Source: an uncultured Gammaproteobacteria bacterium (GTDB taxonomy: Bacteria > Patescibacteriota > Microgenomatia > UBA10105 > UBA927). Taken from it: a stretch of 64,000 nucleotides of DNA. The notes below the pieces were generated by a model. That model searched no databases, was not told where the DNA came from, and saw only the letters and a program-made list of their open reading frames with translations. Below are positions 38,975 through 47,790 of the stretch, piece by piece. The position numbers and the translations under genes are program-made. The stretch is taken from the NCBI GenBank assembly GCA_964445435.1, contig CAYUKU010000001.1:183751-247750 (forward strand), in the 5' to 3' direction. How positions within the stretch are numbered: position 1 is the first letter of the stretch; each line of letters opens with the position of its first letter.

Positions 38975-40999
38975 ATGCCTGCTTCAGCGGAAACGGAAAC
39001 ACAAGGAGATCAGCCAGCTTCAGAATCGGGACTCGGTGAGCCCCAGATTCTTGACTTCAATACAATACTCAGTGAAGCAGTTTTAGAGCGATTTGAGGAG
39101 CAAGTTCATCGACTCGCCCGCGATCACGGGTATTTCTACGACAAGCCGGATGGCAATCCATATTCCCCTACCCGTATTTACGAAATGACGCAAAAAATAG
39201 GCGTTGGCGCACTTACCTCAAGCGGAAGCGTTGAAGTGATCGTGCCACAATTGGAACTTCGCCACAAACGGAATGCGGACCAGATATTTGCGCCTCAAGC
39301 GATAGCACGGGAGTTCGGAATCAAAGCAACGAGGCTCAAGGCAATTCAAAAATTTCTTGAGGATGGAACACTTTCTCCCCAGGAGGCGTTTAAGCTTGCC
39401 GGTAATCAGGATCCAAAAGCCGCTCTTGAAACCCACCAGGATGAATGGCAGGCGTGGGTAACGAGTACGCGCGAAGTACAGGCGCGGCAACAGCCGGTTG
39501 TGGCAGGTGATCGGGTTTCGGTTGGAGACGTTGAAATTATCATGGACGAGCAGGAAGCGCAAGATCGACCCTCACGCAAACGAGCTTCGCGTCTGTCCCG
39601 CGCGACGGCGCCGATCAGACGCCGGGTTATTCTTGCCGCTGTGGGAGGATTGACCATACTGGGCATGCTTCTGTCTGCCTGTTCGCCAAGGGGCGGCACC
39701 GGGGATATTCCAACGCAGCCACCCTCCTCTACCCCTGCAGGAGAACTGTTTACGCCCGATGCGCCGACAGCCGTTTCAACGGCGACTGTCAAGCCCACGG
39801 AACCGCCGACTCCAGCGCCATTTAGCGGAGCCACGGAAGCTGCTCCCACACAATCTGCCGTGTACGGGCCGCCGAATCTCGAACGTTCCGTCCGTTTGGC
39901 CGGATCCGGCGGAAGTGGGCGTAATGAAATTCTTACCAAAGCGGGTATCGATGAAGCGACGCTCGTTTCGTACGAAAATGCCGCCTACTCGTGGGCCGCG
40001 AATAACGGATATACCAAAAATCAGGTGAATATCGAATATCTCTTTGACGGACAGTCCTGGAATATGGTGCTCCGGGAGGTTTCATCCGGAAACTACATCT
40101 GGTCAGAAGACGGCGAGGGCGCCCTGATGACCTATCCCACCATTATAAGAGTTGACGCCCAGGGGCCGCACGCCGATCCAGAGATGGGAGCAAGAGTGTT
40201 GGAAGGAACAAAAGACGCCAAAGCGATGCTGGTCAACGGATTTGTGGTCGTCGTTCGCGGATCGGTGCAGATCGCCGGGAAAACATACTACACCGAGTGG
40301 TTTAATACGGTCACCGGCGAGTGGCAGCCGATCGCAGAGGTTCAGGCGGCCATCGTAGCCTCAGCGCCGGAATTTACACATGGTCTTGCACCCGATTTTG
40401 AATCGGCGATTGTGGTTAGGGAGTCGGATATTCCCGCCATTATCGCAAGCCTGAGGGCGGGCCCATCGCTGATTGATCCGGGTGCTCAGCCGACGAGATT
40501 TGCGGGCAGGGAGGGGGAATTGTCCGCGACGCCGAACGGATTAACAGAGCAGCTAAATATACCAGTGGGTACAGGTGATCTTGCTAATGTTGCGGTTGCC
40601 GCAACGATAAGAGTTGATTCAATGATGGGAGATTCGCAAGGATCTAAACTTATATTAATTTTGGAGGTAAAAAACGACACTTCCATGGGTCATGAGTCAA
40701 GAGGGTATATTAGGGTATATATAGGGGGTGCGGTTGCTGATCAAACTGTGTTCCCGACTGACGCAGCAACTAAACTTCAGGTAATAAGAAAAACTATAGG
40801 AGATGGCCTTATATGGCAACTTTTGGCCGGAACAAAAAGTTCGTTTTATGATGGTTCGTTCGTCAAGCAATTGTTTAACCAAAAAGGTTCAGTAACCGGC
40901 ACGTCGCTTCGTGATCTGTTGCTAAAGTGGAAAAATGAAGGGGTTGTTCCTTCTGAATTGGAAGACATGCTCATACCAATGTCAGGCGTTGGTTCCTAA
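38975..40999 (+). CDS. Hypothetical 674-aa bitopic surface protein. It has a roughly 215-aa cytoplasmic N-domain, one TM, a Pro/Thr-rich linker and a large extracytoplasmic domain.
   Basis: TM RRVILAAVGGLTILGMLLSAC followed by PTQPPSSTPAGELFTPDAPTAVSTATVKPTEPPTPAP linker. Consistent codon usage over 2 kb. Confidence 0.5.
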   Translation: MPASAETETQGDQPASESGLGEPQILDFNTILSEAVLERFEEQVHRLARDHGYFYDKPDGNPYSPTRIYEMTQKIGVGALTSSGSVEVIVPQLELRHKRNADQIFAPQAIAREFGIKATRLKAIQKFLEDGTLSPQEAFKLAGNQDPKAALETHQDEWQAWVTSTREVQARQQPVVAGDRVSVGDVEIIMDEQEAQDRPSRKRASRLSRATAPIRRRVILAAVGGLTILGMLLSACSPRGGTGDIPTQPPSSTPAGELFTPDAPTAVSTATVKPTEPPTPAPFSGATEAAPTQSAVYGPPNLERSVRLAGSGGSGRNEILTKAGIDEATLVSYENAAYSWAANNGYTKNQVNIEYLFDGQSWNMVLREVSSGNYIWSEDGEGALMTYPTIIRVDAQGPHADPEMGARVLEGTKDAKAMLVNGFVVVVRGSVQIAGKTYYTEWFNTVTGEWQPIAEVQAAIVASAPEFTHGLAPDFESAIVVRESDIPAIIASLRAGPSLIDPGAQPTRFAGREGELSATPNGLTEQLNIPVGTGDLANVAVAATIRVDSMMGDSQGSKLILILEVKNDTSMGHESRGYIRVYIGGAVADQTVFPTDAATKLQVIRKTIGDGLIWQLLAGTKSSFYDGSFVKQLFNQKGSVTGTSLRDLLLKWKNEGVVPSELEDMLIPMSGVGS

Positions 41000-41013
41000 A
41001 GTTATCCCACTTA

Positions 41014-41655
41014 TTGTCATTGACAATATTGTATAATAGTTTTGTGAACCGTAACTGGTGGTTTGTTGGTCTTCTTGTTTCCATAGTTGTGTTATTGCCT
41101 CTCTTAGGCTTATGGTGGTATCGTGGATATTTTTCTTCGGAGTTAGAGCCCGAAAAACTACGATTTCGTATCGATGCTGCCTTTGAAAATGCGTACCGCC
41201 AGAATGATCCTTATGCGATTTGGTTCAATCGGGTGGTATTTAAAAACGGCGATAAATTTGCATGGCGACCACCGCGAATTCTTGCAACTCATATTCCTAC
41301 CACTTATGAAGTTTCCGGATATGAATTTTATGGCGTTGTGACAAGATGGCGTCCGGATGTGAAATTGCTTCATATAAACACCTATATAGGTAAACCCCTG
41401 ACAGTTCGTTTTGATCCAGACTCTGATAGATCCATAGCTATTATTCCTAAGCTTGATGCTTACGGGAAAATTATTGGATCAAACATATTACCAGTTGTCC
41501 AGTCAATGTATGTGCCCGATTGGAATACACTTTTTTGTGAAAGCGACATTGTTTCTATAAAGGTGAGGTCGAAATTTTCGATAATGTTTGGTCGACCTGA
41601 TAATCCACTTATTCCAGTTAATATAGTATTAACGCAACGTCTTTGTCAGGTATGA
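41014..41655 (+). CDS. Hypothetical membrane-anchored protein (N-terminal TM plus beta-rich domain).
   Basis: TM WWFVGLLVSIVVLLPLLGLWWY. Overlaps the next gene by 13 nt in an operonic arrangement. Confidence 0.45.
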   Translation: MSLTILYNSFVNRNWWFVGLLVSIVVLLPLLGLWWYRGYFSSELEPEKLRFRIDAAFENAYRQNDPYAIWFNRVVFKNGDKFAWRPPRILATHIPTTYEVSGYEFYGVVTRWRPDVKLLHINTYIGKPLTVRFDPDSDRSIAIIPKLDAYGKIIGSNILPVVQSMYVPDWNTLFCESDIVSIKVRSKFSIMFGRPDNPLIPVNIVLTQRLCQV

Positions 41656-43229
41656 GACTCTGGACACCATTAATGGCCTTTCTTTTTGTCGTAATTACAT
41701 CTTGGTTTACGCCGGTTTTTGCTCAATATCCTACAACGCCAACACCAACCGGAGCGCCAAAAACGTGTTGTCAGAATTTGGACTGCGGGAGCTGTCCGGG
41801 GGATCCAAACAAAACATACGTTATGTGTCAGACATGCCCATCGTGGTGGAGCTGTGGAGATGGTGATTGTGGTTCTGGAGATAATGGCGGGGGCGGTTGT
41901 TATACAATCACAAATTGTAACGCATGTCATCCAACGAAATGTACGCCAACATGCGGTCTGGGAGGGTGTCCCGGTGGATGCGGAAACGTTGATGATTGTG
42001 GTGGTGTAGACTGCGCGGCCTGTCCAGGCGGCGGAGGTGGAGGCGGCGGTGGTGGAGGATGTGGAGATGGGACATGTGGTGCGGGAGAAACTTGTTCTAG
42101 TTGTCCAAATGATTGCGGCTTATGTCCTTCTGGTAACGCTCGTGCGCGGGGACACATTATTGCCTCAACTGTCACCACATGCGCGCAGGTCAGAGCGAGC
42201 ACCAATTACCTCGCCGAAACCCTTACACTTACGAACGCGTTACCCGCGTCTCAAAACATTTCAGGCGGTACATACGCTCAGTGGAATAATCTCGTGCCGA
42301 ACGCACACACGCTCTCCGACATTCCCCCTGCGGGGTATGTGCTTAAGCTTGCCTGCTGGCAGACGGACACGCCCGCAGCGCAGGGAACCGGCATGACTGC
42401 CGATGTGCCGACCGGCGGGACGCTTACCTGGAATTTGGGATATACCAACGGAACTGCCTGGATGCAGACACGGGGCGGTGATGTGTATGCCGCTATGGGT
42501 TTGTCATCTCCCATTCCCGTAGGGGCAAGTCCACGGTATGGACTTCTTGATGGCGGGAGCGGATTGCCCGGTGTTGCGACGTACGGGGTTTCGTATGATT
42601 TTGACAGTGATACCGGCAGTCTCGGCGAATCATATGTTTCCTCAACCGGCTGGCTTGCAAACGAGACGTACGCCGCCACGGATTTCTACGCACTTATGTA
42701 CCAGCGGTTTGATTCGCCGGCAGCTGATTATTCCGGGCCGACGACATTTACTTCCCAATTGGCAAGCGGGACATACTTCGTCGACGGTGATCTCACTATC
42801 GGCACAAACCCGTGGAATGTAGGAAGCGGGACGAGCATCGTTGTGCTCGTCAACGGCAATCTGACCATTAACCAAACGATTAATCTATCGGGTACCGGAT
42901 TCGTCGCTTTCATCGTCAATGGCAATATCACCGTCAGTCCGAACGTTGGGGTTGTCAACACGTCATCGGCGCCAGCACTGGAGGGAGTCTATATCACCTC
43001 CCCCACCGGCACCTTTACGACGGGCGCTTCCACAACTGCCGGGTCGGAGCGGTTTGTAGGTAGAGGTATTTTTGTCGCGGGAGACTTCAGTCTCACACGG
43101 GATCTGGATAGTTATGGCGTAAACAACACGACGTCTTCCGAGCTGTTTATCTACAATCCCCGGCTCCTTATCACGATGCCGGATGAAATGCGTGATCTTC
43201 CCGTGACCTGGCAGGAAGTCGCTCCGTAA
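41643..43229 (+). CDS. Secreted Cys-rich/Gly-rich protein with a beta-helix-like C-terminal domain, rich in N-x-S/T sequons.
   Basis: Signal peptide MSGMRLWTPLMAFLFVVITSWFTPVFAQ. About 40 Cys in 150 aa including CGDGTCGAGETCSSCPNDCGLCP-type repeats. (Gly)11 run. Repetitive VNGNLTINQTINLSGTGFVAFIVNGNITVSPNVG beta-strand pattern. Many NxT/NxS motifs (NGT, NET, NLT, NQT, NLS, NIT, NTS, NNTT). Confidence 0.55.
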   Translation: MSGMRLWTPLMAFLFVVITSWFTPVFAQYPTTPTPTGAPKTCCQNLDCGSCPGDPNKTYVMCQTCPSWWSCGDGDCGSGDNGGGGCYTITNCNACHPTKCTPTCGLGGCPGGCGNVDDCGGVDCAACPGGGGGGGGGGGCGDGTCGAGETCSSCPNDCGLCPSGNARARGHIIASTVTTCAQVRASTNYLAETLTLTNALPASQNISGGTYAQWNNLVPNAHTLSDIPPAGYVLKLACWQTDTPAAQGTGMTADVPTGGTLTWNLGYTNGTAWMQTRGGDVYAAMGLSSPIPVGASPRYGLLDGGSGLPGVATYGVSYDFDSDTGSLGESYVSSTGWLANETYAATDFYALMYQRFDSPAADYSGPTTFTSQLASGTYFVDGDLTIGTNPWNVGSGTSIVVLVNGNLTINQTINLSGTGFVAFIVNGNITVSPNVGVVNTSSAPALEGVYITSPTGTFTTGASTTAGSERFVGRGIFVAGDFSLTRDLDSYGVNNTTSSELFIYNPRLLITMPDEMRDLPVTWQEVAP

Positions 43230-43247
43230 AGTTGTTATACTCGAAGA

Positions 43248-44561
43248 ATGCGCCGTTTCCTCGTTGATGGTATTCTTTTTGCGGTTGTTCTTATCCTCTC
43301 CATCACAATGCTTGTCCCACAGCTCAAGCGGCATATGTTTTTCATCGATGAATACGAATTCATGCGCAAAAGCTATCTTTTCGATGTGTATTTTCTGAAA
43401 CAGAACCTGGGCGATCCGCGGTGGACCGATGCGGCGCTTGAGTCCGATGCGCCGCAGCCAAAGGTGGGGCCGTATATCTTCGGGCTTGCGCTTCATCTGT
43501 CCGGAGTTCGTGATATCGAAACTGCCTTCAGGCAAAGCGGGTTTTCGACGATTCAGGTCGATGGCCATCCGTGGTGGGAAGCGCTCTGGACGAAGGAGCC
43601 CTCGAAATTTCCCGACTCACTCGCACAGAGCTTCTCGTATATACTCATCGGCCGGCGTGCAGCGGCTGTGTTTAGCATCGCGTCGATACTTTTTGTCTTC
43701 CTTTTGGGTACGACGCTCCATAGCTCCGTATTGGGATTTATCGCGGCAATCCTGTTTCTTGTGAATCCCCTTTTTCGCCTCGAGGCGGGGTTTGCCATGA
43801 CTGATACCATGCAGCTTGCGTTTCTCCTTCTTACCGTTCTTCTTCTTGTATATTGGCGGGGGGCGTGGCAAAAAAAGAGCTATCCCTGGCTTCTGACTCT
43901 CAGTGTCGGCATTGGTCTTGCCGCATCACTCGCCGCGGGCGTAAAAGTGACGGGGATGCTTGCCATGTTGTTTGTGGGTATGCATCAGGTATATACATAC
44001 GCCCGGGAAGAGATGACGGCGGCGCTGAGGCGTATGCTCGTTCTTTCGACGGCAACCATGGTTGTTGTGTTTTGGAGCGTTTTTTATGCACTTCATCCGT
44101 ATATTCATACCGATACGTTCCGACAACTGCGCTACATGTATCAGGCGAGGATGAACGTCTCCCAGACGCTGTATGCGCAAACATATCCACACACGTATAT
44201 TCCCACCAGGACCCAAGCTCTCCGATACGTGCTTATGAGAACCATGTTGCCTTACTCGCTTTATGGGAATTTCTCCCATTCCTGGATTCCGTGGGACATG
44301 ATGCTTGTTGTAGGCGGGAGTTTGGTATTGATAAACGATGTGTTCGCGCGCTGGAAGAAAAGAGGGGCGCTGCCAAGGCTTGCGATTTTGCCGCTATGGA
44401 TTTCCTTTACGGCAGTTTCTCTCGTATGGTATCTCTCCCATGACTGGTCGCGGTACTATCTGCCGGTCGCTTCGGGGATCACGATTCTTGAGGCCTACAT
44501 GATTACGTATCTTTTCTTCCGGTTCGGCGGGGGCGTCCTGTATGATAGACTTCCCAAGTGA
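43248..44561 (+). CDS. GT-C-like polytopic membrane protein (candidate lipid-linked-sugar glycosyltransferase).
   Basis: About 11 TM segments. N-terminal loop FFIDEYEFMRKSYLF D-E motif. Confidence 0.5.
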   Translation: MRRFLVDGILFAVVLILSITMLVPQLKRHMFFIDEYEFMRKSYLFDVYFLKQNLGDPRWTDAALESDAPQPKVGPYIFGLALHLSGVRDIETAFRQSGFSTIQVDGHPWWEALWTKEPSKFPDSLAQSFSYILIGRRAAAVFSIASILFVFLLGTTLHSSVLGFIAAILFLVNPLFRLEAGFAMTDTMQLAFLLLTVLLLVYWRGAWQKKSYPWLLTLSVGIGLAASLAAGVKVTGMLAMLFVGMHQVYTYAREEMTAALRRMLVLSTATMVVVFWSVFYALHPYIHTDTFRQLRYMYQARMNVSQTLYAQTYPHTYIPTRTQALRYVLMRTMLPYSLYGNFSHSWIPWDMMLVVGGSLVLINDVFARWKKRGALPRLAILPLWISFTAVSLVWYLSHDWSRYYLPVASGITILEAYMITYLFFRFGGGVLYDRLPK

Positions 44562-44580
44562 AATCCGCTATACTTAACGT

Positions 44581-44718
44581 ATGGTGAAGCGAGTGTATCA
44601 GCCCAAAAAAGGAAAGCGCGTGCGGACGCACGGATTCCGAACGCGCATGAAGACACATTCCGGCCGCAAAGTCCTCAAAAGACGCCGAGCCACGGGACGA
44701 GGACGCCTCACGGTATAA
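44581..44718 (+). CDS. rpmH: 50S ribosomal protein L34.
   Basis: Translates to [45 protein letters not shown], near-identical to bacterial bL34. Not in the ORF track because it is shorter than 60 aa. Confidence 0.9.
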   Translation: MVKRVYQPKKGKRVRTHGFRTRMKTHSGRKVLKRRRATGRGRLTV

Positions 44719-44725
44719 TGCATCC

Positions 44726-45076
44726 ATGCTCCCTTCCGTAAACAGGATTCCCACAGGTGACATCCGTCGTGTTATGAAAACAGGCCGCCGCCTTCCGGGG
44801 TATGGCATGATCTTGATTTACGTGCGCTCGAAGGAAATGAAAGTTGTTCCCTCGGCGCCACGTTTTTCGTTTGTCGTTTCCACGAAGGTGGATAAACGCG
44901 CAGTGGTGCGAAACCGGGTACGGCGGATTCTTTCCGAATCCGTGCATCATCTTCTGGATCGTATAGCGCCCGCCACGGATGGGATTATCTTGGCTTCCAA
45001 GGAGCTTGTAGGGTTGTCTCAAAAAGAAGCGGAAGAACGGATTTCTGCAGTATTTACGAAAGCTGGGATTCTATGA
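44726..45076 (+). CDS. rnpA: Ribonuclease P protein component.
   Basis: Immediately downstream of rpmH. RnpA-like basic protein with VRNRVRRIL (the RNR motif). 116 aa. Confidence 0.85.
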   Translation: MLPSVNRIPTGDIRRVMKTGRRLPGYGMILIYVRSKEMKVVPSAPRFSFVVSTKVDKRAVVRNRVRRILSESVHHLLDRIAPATDGIILASKELVGLSQKEAEERISAVFTKAGIL

Positions 45077-45315
45077 AACGGCTCGCGCTGTCTACGATAC
45101 GGCTGTATCAGCGGTACCTGTCGCCTGATACCGGAATGCTCAGATCGCTCTGGCTCGTGGATAGCGCGTGTCGGTACAAGCCCACCTGCAGTGAGTATAC
45201 CTATCAAGCGATCGATCACTATGGTATACTACGGGGATCGATTTTGGGGTTGAAGCGGATCGTCCGCTGTCACCCCTGGAACAAGGGCGGATACGATCCC
45301 CTGCCAACGCTATGA
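45073..45315 (+). CDS. yidD: Membrane protein insertion efficiency factor YidD.
   Basis: [10 protein letters not shown]...[17 protein letters not shown]...[18 protein letters not shown] matches the YidD family. ATGA overlap with rnpA. Confidence 0.85.
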   Translation: MKRLALSTIRLYQRYLSPDTGMLRSLWLVDSACRYKPTCSEYTYQAIDHYGILRGSILGLKRIVRCHPWNKGGYDPLPTL

Positions 45316-46124
45316 CAAACCCAGGTCTTTGGAATCAACTTCTTGTTTGGCCCATTATTAACGTACTGGTTGCACTGTATAAGTTCTTCGAGTGGATCGG
45401 CGTACCGGGGCCGCTCGGATTTGCCGTCATAGGGCTTACCATAGTTATTCGTCTTATCCTCTATCCGCTTATGCAGGCGCAATTGCGCAGCGCCAAAAAG
45501 ATGGCGAAATTGAAGCCTCACCTTGATGCGCTCAACGACAAACACAAGAATGACAAATCCGCACTTCAGCAGGCGCAGCTTGCGCTCTACAAAGAACACG
45601 GGGTGAACCCAGCGGCGGGGTGTTTGCCGCTTCTTATCCAGATGCCGGTTCTTATCGCGCTTTACAATGTTTTTTACCAGGTCCTTAACAACGGAAATCT
45701 CGAGAAACTCGTCTCGGACCTCAACAGTGTCGTGTACGCGCCGTGGCTTAGGATCGGGTCGCTTGATCTTTCTTTCTTCGGAGTGAATTTGGGGCTCAAG
45801 CCGTCAGCGTGGCAAACAGACGGATGGTGGCTCCTTTCCATTCCTCTTATAACCGCAGCACTTCAGTATTGGCAAAGCAGGCTTATGATGCCTACCTATG
45901 CGAAAACTTCCGACAATAAGCCTGCACTTGTTAAAAAGGGCGCAAAGGAGGATGAGCAAAAGCCGGAAGATACGGCAGCAGAGATGCAAAAACAGATGGC
46001 CATTATAACCCCTATCATGTTTGGGTATTTCGCGTTTCAGTTTCCGCTCGGGTTGGCCCTTTACTGGAATGTGTTCGGAATTTTTGGTATCATCCAACAA
46101 CTTGCGGTGAACCGCGAGAAATAA
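45312..46124 (+). CDS. yidC: Membrane protein insertase YidC (short Oxa1-like form).
   Basis: [33 protein letters not shown], five-TM core. Position after rnpA-yidD. Confidence 0.85.
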   Translation: MTNPGLWNQLLVWPIINVLVALYKFFEWIGVPGPLGFAVIGLTIVIRLILYPLMQAQLRSAKKMAKLKPHLDALNDKHKNDKSALQQAQLALYKEHGVNPAAGCLPLLIQMPVLIALYNVFYQVLNNGNLEKLVSDLNSVVYAPWLRIGSLDLSFFGVNLGLKPSAWQTDGWWLLSIPLITAALQYWQSRLMMPTYAKTSDNKPALVKKGAKEDEQKPEDTAAEMQKQMAIITPIMFGYFAFQFPLGLALYWNVFGIFGIIQQLAVNREK

Positions 46125-46130
46125 GCACGT

Positions 46131-46583
46131 ATGGAAGCAAAAGTTCAAGTACAACAGGTGACAGAGGATTTATTGAACCGTTTGGGCGTCACGGGCGCTG
46201 TGACGGTGGATATTGACGAAACCGAAGCCTACCGCGTGCACATCGAAACTGAGGAAACCGGTCTCCTTATCGGATTTCACGGCCGAACGCTTGAAAGCCT
46301 TCAAATTATTCTGGGACTCTTAGTTTCCAAAGCGCTGGGTGCATGGGTAAAAGTTTATGTCAATGTCGGTGACTACCGCGAGAAGCGCGAGGAAGCCCTT
46401 ATGCTTATGGCTCAGCAAGCTGCCGACCGCGCTATCACCCAGGGCAGGCCCATTGAGCTCTCTCACCTTTCTGCGTCAGAACGAAGAGTCGTACACTTAA
46501 CTCTCTCCGGGGATGACCGCGTGGAGACGGAATCAGTCGGCGAAGGCATGAGCCGGACGCTTCTGGTGAAACCGAAAGCGTGA
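46131..46583 (+). CDS. jag: Jag/KhpB-like RNA-binding protein (KH plus R3H domains).
   Basis: GLLIGFHGRTLESLQ (KH-like) and SERRVVHLTLS (R3H-like). Canonical position downstream of yidC. Confidence 0.8.
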   Translation: MEAKVQVQQVTEDLLNRLGVTGAVTVDIDETEAYRVHIETEETGLLIGFHGRTLESLQIILGLLVSKALGAWVKVYVNVGDYREKREEALMLMAQQAADRAITQGRPIELSHLSASERRVVHLTLSGDDRVETESVGEGMSRTLLVKPKA

Positions 46584-46599
46584 TCCCCTATACTGTTAG

Positions 46600-47790
46600 T
46601 TGATGCATCGATGGATTTTTTCCCTTCTCATCTTTCTGTTACCCGTGCAGCTTGGATACCATACCTGGCCGTCATGGTCGATGGTTCTCGGAAGAAGAGT
46701 TGACTATCTCTCTCCCACCCTCCATCTTACTGACATACTAATTTTTTTCCTCCTTATTTCTTGGGGTGTCGATGTGCTGAGACATCGAAGGAAGGTCGCG
46801 AAATCGTTCATTTTTGGATTTATCGGGATTGTGATAGCCGCGTTTATAAACGTGCGGCTGGCGGTAAACCCCATGGCAGCCTTCTGCGCATGGGTGAAAG
46901 TGTTGGAATTTGCGTTTCTGGGGTGCTACATATATACGACAAGACCTGAGCGCAGGAGAATACTTTTTCTTCTATCATGGTCAGTTTTATATTCGTCACT
47001 CGTTGCCATCGGGCAATTTCTTCTGCAGAAATCCGTTGGCGGACCGTTGTGGTTGCTGGGGGAAAGAACATTTACCCTCGATACACCCGGAATTGCGCGG
47101 GCGGATTTCGCAGGACGTGAAATATTGCGGGCATACGGGACGTTCCCCCACCCCAATGTTTTGGGCGGATTTCTGGCGATAACACTTCCGATGATTCTGG
47201 GAGGAATTCAAAAGCGAGCCTCGAACATGGGTCGCGAATTTTACGGATTGGTCATGACGCTTGGAGTAATTGCGCTCATACTCACACTCAGCAGAAGCGC
47301 AATCACACTGTTTGCGGTTGTAGTAAGCTGGCAGTTGTGGAAAATGAAAAAAGCGTTTTTTTTCCTCCCACTTCTTATGCTAATTACACTCCCCTATCTT
47401 TGGACGGACGAATCGTTCGTCGTACGAAACCAGTTGAATGATGCAGCCATACAAATGGTTCTTTCGCATCCCGTCTTCGGTGTGGGATTGGGGAATTTTC
47501 TCGTGGAACTTCCCACGTATCTTCCAACTCGAACTATTTACTTCCTGCAGCCGGTTCACAATATCTATCTTCTTCTTTTATCCGAGGTTGGTGCTCTTGG
47601 GGTCATGGGAATTTTCTGGATACTGTGGCGTATACGAAAACATATTGAGTTTTCCGTGGCGCTTGGGACAATTGCCATTCTCGGACTGGTGGATCACTAT
47701 TTCCTCACGCTTCAGCAGGGACAACTGCTTTTGACGATAGTGTTTACGCTCTCCTTGCGCGCGAAGAAGACGAAGGCGCTACAAGTCTAA
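46600..47790 (+). CDS. Wzy_C (O-antigen ligase-like) polytopic membrane protein.
   Basis: LTLSRSAITLFAVV and VHNIYLLLLSEVGALGVMG Wzy_C motifs. About 10 TM segments. Confidence 0.7.
   Translation: MMHRWIFSLLIFLLPVQLGYHTWPSWSMVLGRRVDYLSPTLHLTDILIFFLLISWGVDVLRHRRKVAKSFIFGFIGIVIAAFINVRLAVNPMAAFCAWVKVLEFAFLGCYIYTTRPERRRILFLLSWSVLYSSLVAIGQFLLQKSVGGPLWLLGERTFTLDTPGIARADFAGREILRAYGTFPHPNVLGGFLAITLPMILGGIQKRASNMGREFYGLVMTLGVIALILTLSRSAITLFAVVVSWQLWKMKKAFFFLPLLMLITLPYLWTDESFVVRNQLNDAAIQMVLSHPVFGVGLGNFLVELPTYLPTRTIYFLQPVHNIYLLLLSEVGALGVMGIFWILWRIRKHIEFSVALGTIAILGLVDHYFLTLQQGQLLLTIVFTLSLRAKKTKALQV

Noticed and set aside
39406-39939. 177-aa antisense ORF in a GC-rich region.
   Set aside because: It lies inside the well-behaved 674-aa plus-strand ORF. 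Ala/Arg/Gly-rich composition is typical of antisense high-GC frames.
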